A DNA stretch of 64,000 nt from Oscillospiraceae bacterium (GTDB lineage Bacteria > Bacillota > Clostridia > Oscillospirales > Oscillospiraceae), in assembly GCA_016296565.1 (NCBI GenBank), contig JAEDJB010000001.1, positions 252 through 64,251 of the forward strand, given 5' to 3'. Below the pieces are notes generated by a model, which had not been told where the DNA came from, did not search any database, and saw only the letters and a program-made list of their open reading frames with translations. Both the position numbers and the translations under genes were made by a program. Numbering within the stretch: the stretch's first letter is position 1; the number at the start of each line of letters is the position of its first letter. Positions 61,351-64,000 of the stretch are shown here, in pieces.

Positions 61351-62356
61351 ACGCACCCACTTCTTCGGCAGTCTCGGCCAGGTCGTCGGGCAGAGTCAGG
61401 CCCAGTTCAGCCAGAGCCGTGCTGTTCACATACAGGGCGTAGTTCTCAATGATCTCATAGGGCAGATCCTGGCAGGTCTTCTCCCCGGTGAGCACCTGAG
61501 CGGCCATGAGACCGGTCTGGATGCCCAGCTGGACATAGTCCAGGCCGGCGCCGGCCACGCAGCCCAGCTTCACCTGCTCGATCTCAGAGCCGTAAACAGG
61601 GATACCGGCCTCGTTGGTCTTCTCCAGGATGGAGCCCAGCACGCCCACCACGTTGTTGTCGGTCAGGTTGGAGAGGCAGTCCACGTTCTTGGCCAGGAGG
61701 GTGTCCACAGCCTGGGTCACCTCGGACTGGGCGGTGACGCCGATGGCCTCGATGGTGAAGCCGTAGTCAGCGGCCAGCTCCTCGTAAACGCCCACGGAGT
61801 AGATGGAGTTGGACTCGCTGGTGGTGTAGATGATGCCGATGGTCTCTGCATCAGGCTGGAGGGCACGGATCAGCTTCAGCTGGCCCTCCACGGGCAGCAC
61901 GTCGGAGGTGCCGGTGATGTTGCCGGAGTCCAGCTTGGCGCCCACGGGGTCGGTAATGGCGGTGAAGATCACGGGGATGTCCTTGTCCTCAGCGGCAGCG
62001 TAGCAGGCGGTGGCGGCGGGGGTGGCGATGCCCACCATCAGGGCTGCGTCCTCAGCGGAGAAGGCCTGGGCGATCTGGATGGCCATGTTGTCGTCAAAGC
62101 TGGCGTTCTGATAGTCGATGGTGTAGTCGGTGCCTTCCACCAGACCGGCCTGCTCCAGGCCCTGGAGGAAGCCCTCCCGGCAGTTGTCCAGGGAGCCGTG
62201 CTGGCCGTACTGGCAGATGCCGATGACGGGCACATCGCCGCTGGCCTGCTGAGCGTCGCCGCTCTCTTCGGTGGTGCTCCCGGAGCCGCAGGCGGCCAGG
62301 GCCAGGATCATGGACAGGGACAGCGCCCCGCACAGCAGCTTCTTCAAATTCTTCAT
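61349..62356 (-). CDS. ABC transporter substrate-binding lipoprotein (TrpX-like, likely tryptophan)
   Basis: Lipobox LAAC, HGSLD, IATPAA, FTAITDPV, TGTSD, E.NS, TDN. Trp T-box upstream. Confidence 0.88.
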   Translation of the reverse strand: MKNLKKLLCGALSLSMILALAACGSGSTTEESGDAQQASGDVPVIGICQYGQHGSLDNCREGFLQGLEQAGLVEGTDYTIDYQNASFDDNMAIQIAQAFSAEDAALMVGIATPAATACYAAAEDKDIPVIFTAITDPVGAKLDSGNITGTSDVLPVEGQLKLIRALQPDAETIGIIYTTSESNSIYSVGVYEELAADYGFTIEAIGVTAQSEVTQAVDTLLAKNVDCLSNLTDNNVVGVLGSILEKTNEAGIPVYGSEIEQVKLGCVAGAGLDYVQLGIQTGLMAAQVLTGEKTCQDLPYEIIENYALYVNSTALAELGLTLPDDLAETAEEVGA

Positions 62357-62420
62357 GATGATCTCTCCTTTTCATTTTTTAATCGGAATGGGATTTGATG
62401 GTGTTCTGGGATATCGGGAT

Positions 62421-62712
62421 AACAAAAAAAGCCCTGCCCTCTCGTTTTCTCAACGAAATGGGACAAGACTGTAATTCCTGCGGTACCACCCAAATTGACG
62501 CATAGCGCCCGCTCTTCTTCACATACCATCATATGTGCCGCCCGGATAACGGGTGCGGTCCCCGTCGGACGCTACTGACCTTTCGGTGTTCACTCCGCCC
62601 TCGTAAGTCCATTCACTCCTGGCCGTCCCGCCGCGCTTCCACCGTCCGCGGCTCGCTGATGGGCTGAGCCCAAGGCTACTACTCTTACTCGCTGGTTTGT
62701 CTTTGTTGGATT
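62421..62712 (-). ncRNA. T-box riboswitch, tryptophan specifier
   Basis: Minus strand AGTAGTA, CAGCGAG, GGTGGAAG, specifier GAA-TGG-A (62609-62611), CCGTTATC, T-box AATTTGGGTGGTACCGC (62480-62496), terminator with T7. Confidence 0.93.
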
Positions 62713-62718
62713 GACTTA

Positions 62719-62747
62719 AGCATAGCACGCCGCCGGGGTTCCGTCAA
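62719..62747 (-). promoter_or_regulatory. Sigma-A promoter of T-box leader
   Basis: TTGACG-17 bp-TATGCT with extended TG. Confidence 0.75.
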
Positions 62748-62805
62748 CCATCGCTTTTCACAAATCACCCCGGCGCTTTCCCGGGGATTCCTGGTCAGAT
62801 GGGGC

Positions 62806-62973
62806 AAAAGGAAAAGCACAGAGGAGGGCAAATCCTCTGTGCTTCGTTTCGCACACAGCCACAGGACATCTCAGAGAGCGGGAGATGATCCGGGACGGCC
62901 AGGAGAGAACGCCGCCCGGTCCGGGCTGCCGTATGGTAAACTCTGGGCGGGAGTTTTCATACTTGCTTTCTGT
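62806..62973 (-). ncRNA. Candidate small RNA antisense to the T-box Stem I
   Basis: Own promoter (62980-63008), 5' hairpins, 12-bp terminator stem (62814-62844) plus U-tail, 18/19 complementarity to 62612-62630. Confidence 0.55.
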
Positions 62974-62979
62974 GATTTA

Positions 62980-63047
62980 AGAATACTGCATTTTTCGTCA
63001 TTTGTAAAACGAGAGAATTCTATTTCACCCATCAAAGTTTCTGATGG
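62980..63047 (-). promoter_or_regulatory. Promoter plus LysR-type box (copy A)
   Basis: TTTACA-17 bp-TATTCT, palindrome CCATCAAAGTTTCTGATGG (T-N11-A) at 63029-63047. Confidence 0.7.
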
Positions 63048-63172
63048 AATTGTTTCTGTGTGTCTCCCAATGCAAAAGTACCTGCCGGAAGGCAGGTACT
63101 TTCGCAGGAAGTTCGTCGTGCTGTGGGAAGGGTTTAGGAGAAATATTACTCAAACAAAGAGGGGGGATTCGT

Positions 63173-63436
63173 TCAGGATGCGCTCTTGTGGGCAACAGGG
63201 GCGCTGGGAGCGGCGGGACGGAACTTGCCGCATTCCTCATAGTCCGCCGGGTCCTCGCCTCTGTGGGCAATCAGGAGGTTGGACCAGGTCTGGGCGGCCT
63301 CTGCGCAGGCCAGGCCTGCCACGATGACAAAGATCAGGTTGACGCCGCCAGGCAGCTGGAGCAGCGCGGCCACATAGGAAACCAGAATGATCAGCCAAGC
63401 AATCGAAGACAGAATGTAGCTCTTATACGTTTTCAT
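63173..63436 (-). CDS. Small hypothetical membrane protein (87 aa, 2 TM)
   Basis: AAAGGAG RBS, two hydrophobic helices, own promoter, hairpin at about 63075-63102 downstream. Confidence 0.65.
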   Translation of the reverse strand: MKTYKSYILSSIAWLIILVSYVAALLQLPGGVNLIFVIVAGLACAEAAQTWSNLLIAHRGEDPADYEECGKFRPAAPSAPVAHKSAS

Positions 63437-63528
63437 AAGTAAGCTCCTTTCATTTCCAATCGGTAGTATCCTTGAGGAAAAGAAGTTGTCACCGGCCGGT
63501 TCATCACTTGCTTTCTCTTTCTGTTTAC

Positions 63529-63596
63529 ACTATACTATGAGAAGAATCATTTGTAAACCAAGGAAAATCCATCCATCCCATCAGAGTTTCTCATGG
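63529..63596 (-). promoter_or_regulatory. Promoter plus LysR-type box (copy B)
   Basis: TTTACA-17 bp-TATAGT, CCATCAGAGTTTCTCATGG at 63578-63596, same spacing as copy A. Confidence 0.7.
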
Positions 63597-63608
63597 AAAG
63601 GAGCTGCC

Positions 63609-64000
63609 ATGGACCACAACAAACGCACCGCCCTGCTCACCGCCATCGACCTGGGCAACCTGACCCGGGCCGCCGAGCAGCTGGGATATACCCAGTCCGG
63701 CCTGAGCTACATCATCAAGAGCGTGGAGGCCGAGTTCGGTTTCCCCCTGCTCATTCGCTCCCGGTCCGGCGTCCGCCCCACAGCGGACTGCATGCGCATT
63801 CTCCCCATTCTCCGGGACTTGCACCACAAAAGCCAGATGCTGGAGCAGGAGGTAGCTGATATCCGGGGGCTGGCGGTGGGCACCGTCTCCGTGGGGGTCT
63901 TTCCCTGCATCTCCCGTTTCTGGATGCCCGGTATCCTCCGCAACTTCACCGCCCGGTACCCGGGCATCACCCTCTCCATCCGGGAGAGCGGCCAGGAGGA
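63609..64000 (+). CDS. LysR-family transcriptional regulator (partial, runs off window end)
   Basis: Manual translation MDHNKRTALLTAIDLGNLTRAAEQLGYTQSGLSYIIKSVEAEFGFPLLIRSRSGVRPT, AAAGGAG RBS. Confidence 0.92.
   Translation, partial: MDHNKRTALLTAIDLGNLTRAAEQLGYTQSGLSYIIKSVEAEFGFPLLIRSRSGVRPTADCMRILPILRDLHHKSQMLEQEVADIRGLAVGTVSVGVFPCISRFWMPGILRNFTARYPGITLSIRESGQE

Noticed and set aside
62871..62960. 29-aa ORF MKTPAQSLPYGSPDR... inside the candidate sRNA
   Set aside because: No Shine-Dalgarno, start codon buried in a hairpin close to the predicted TSS, no Trp codons. A dual-function RNA cannot be fully excluded.

Overview
64-kb GC-rich chromosomal segment of a clostridial Firmicute (Oscillospiraceae-like, inferred from gene content and the SLH, T-box and SAM-I elements). 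No rRNA, tRNA, CRISPR array or intact mobile element was found. In coordinate order: (1) a housekeeping operon on the minus strand, smc-ftsY-rph-rdgB-yhbY-nadD/yqeK fusion-LCP-rsfS-leuS; (2) an SLH protein, an MFS transporter, RluA and a decayed large serine recombinase; (3) an Rh-type ammonium channel; (4) a SAM-I riboswitch-led methyl-cycle operon, ahcY-metK-GT2-O-antigen ligase-metF-MetH reactivation domain-MetH core; (5) a rhomboid/derlin-like protein, cdd, an acetyltransferase, MscS, a second RluA, EamA and metY; (6) a tandem duplication of a GltD-like/[FeFe]-hydrogenase pair; (7) comEA-response regulator-kinase-GerMN; (8) a DacA with a long charged helical tail; (9) a sirtuin plus a degenerate sirtuin, followed by fumC and malic enzyme; (10) lysine riboswitch-dapA-dapB-lysA; (11) tandem MATE pumps with a MerR regulator; (12) a Trp T-box-controlled ABC transporter; (13) a partial LysR gene. 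The most striking unexplained signal is a candidate ~165-nt minus-strand RNA at about 62806-62973. It has its own promoter, LysR-type box and terminator, and it is complementary (18/19 nt, plus two shorter collinear blocks) to Stem I and the specifier region of the neighbouring Trp T-box riboswitch. This suggests an sRNA that overrides a T-box.
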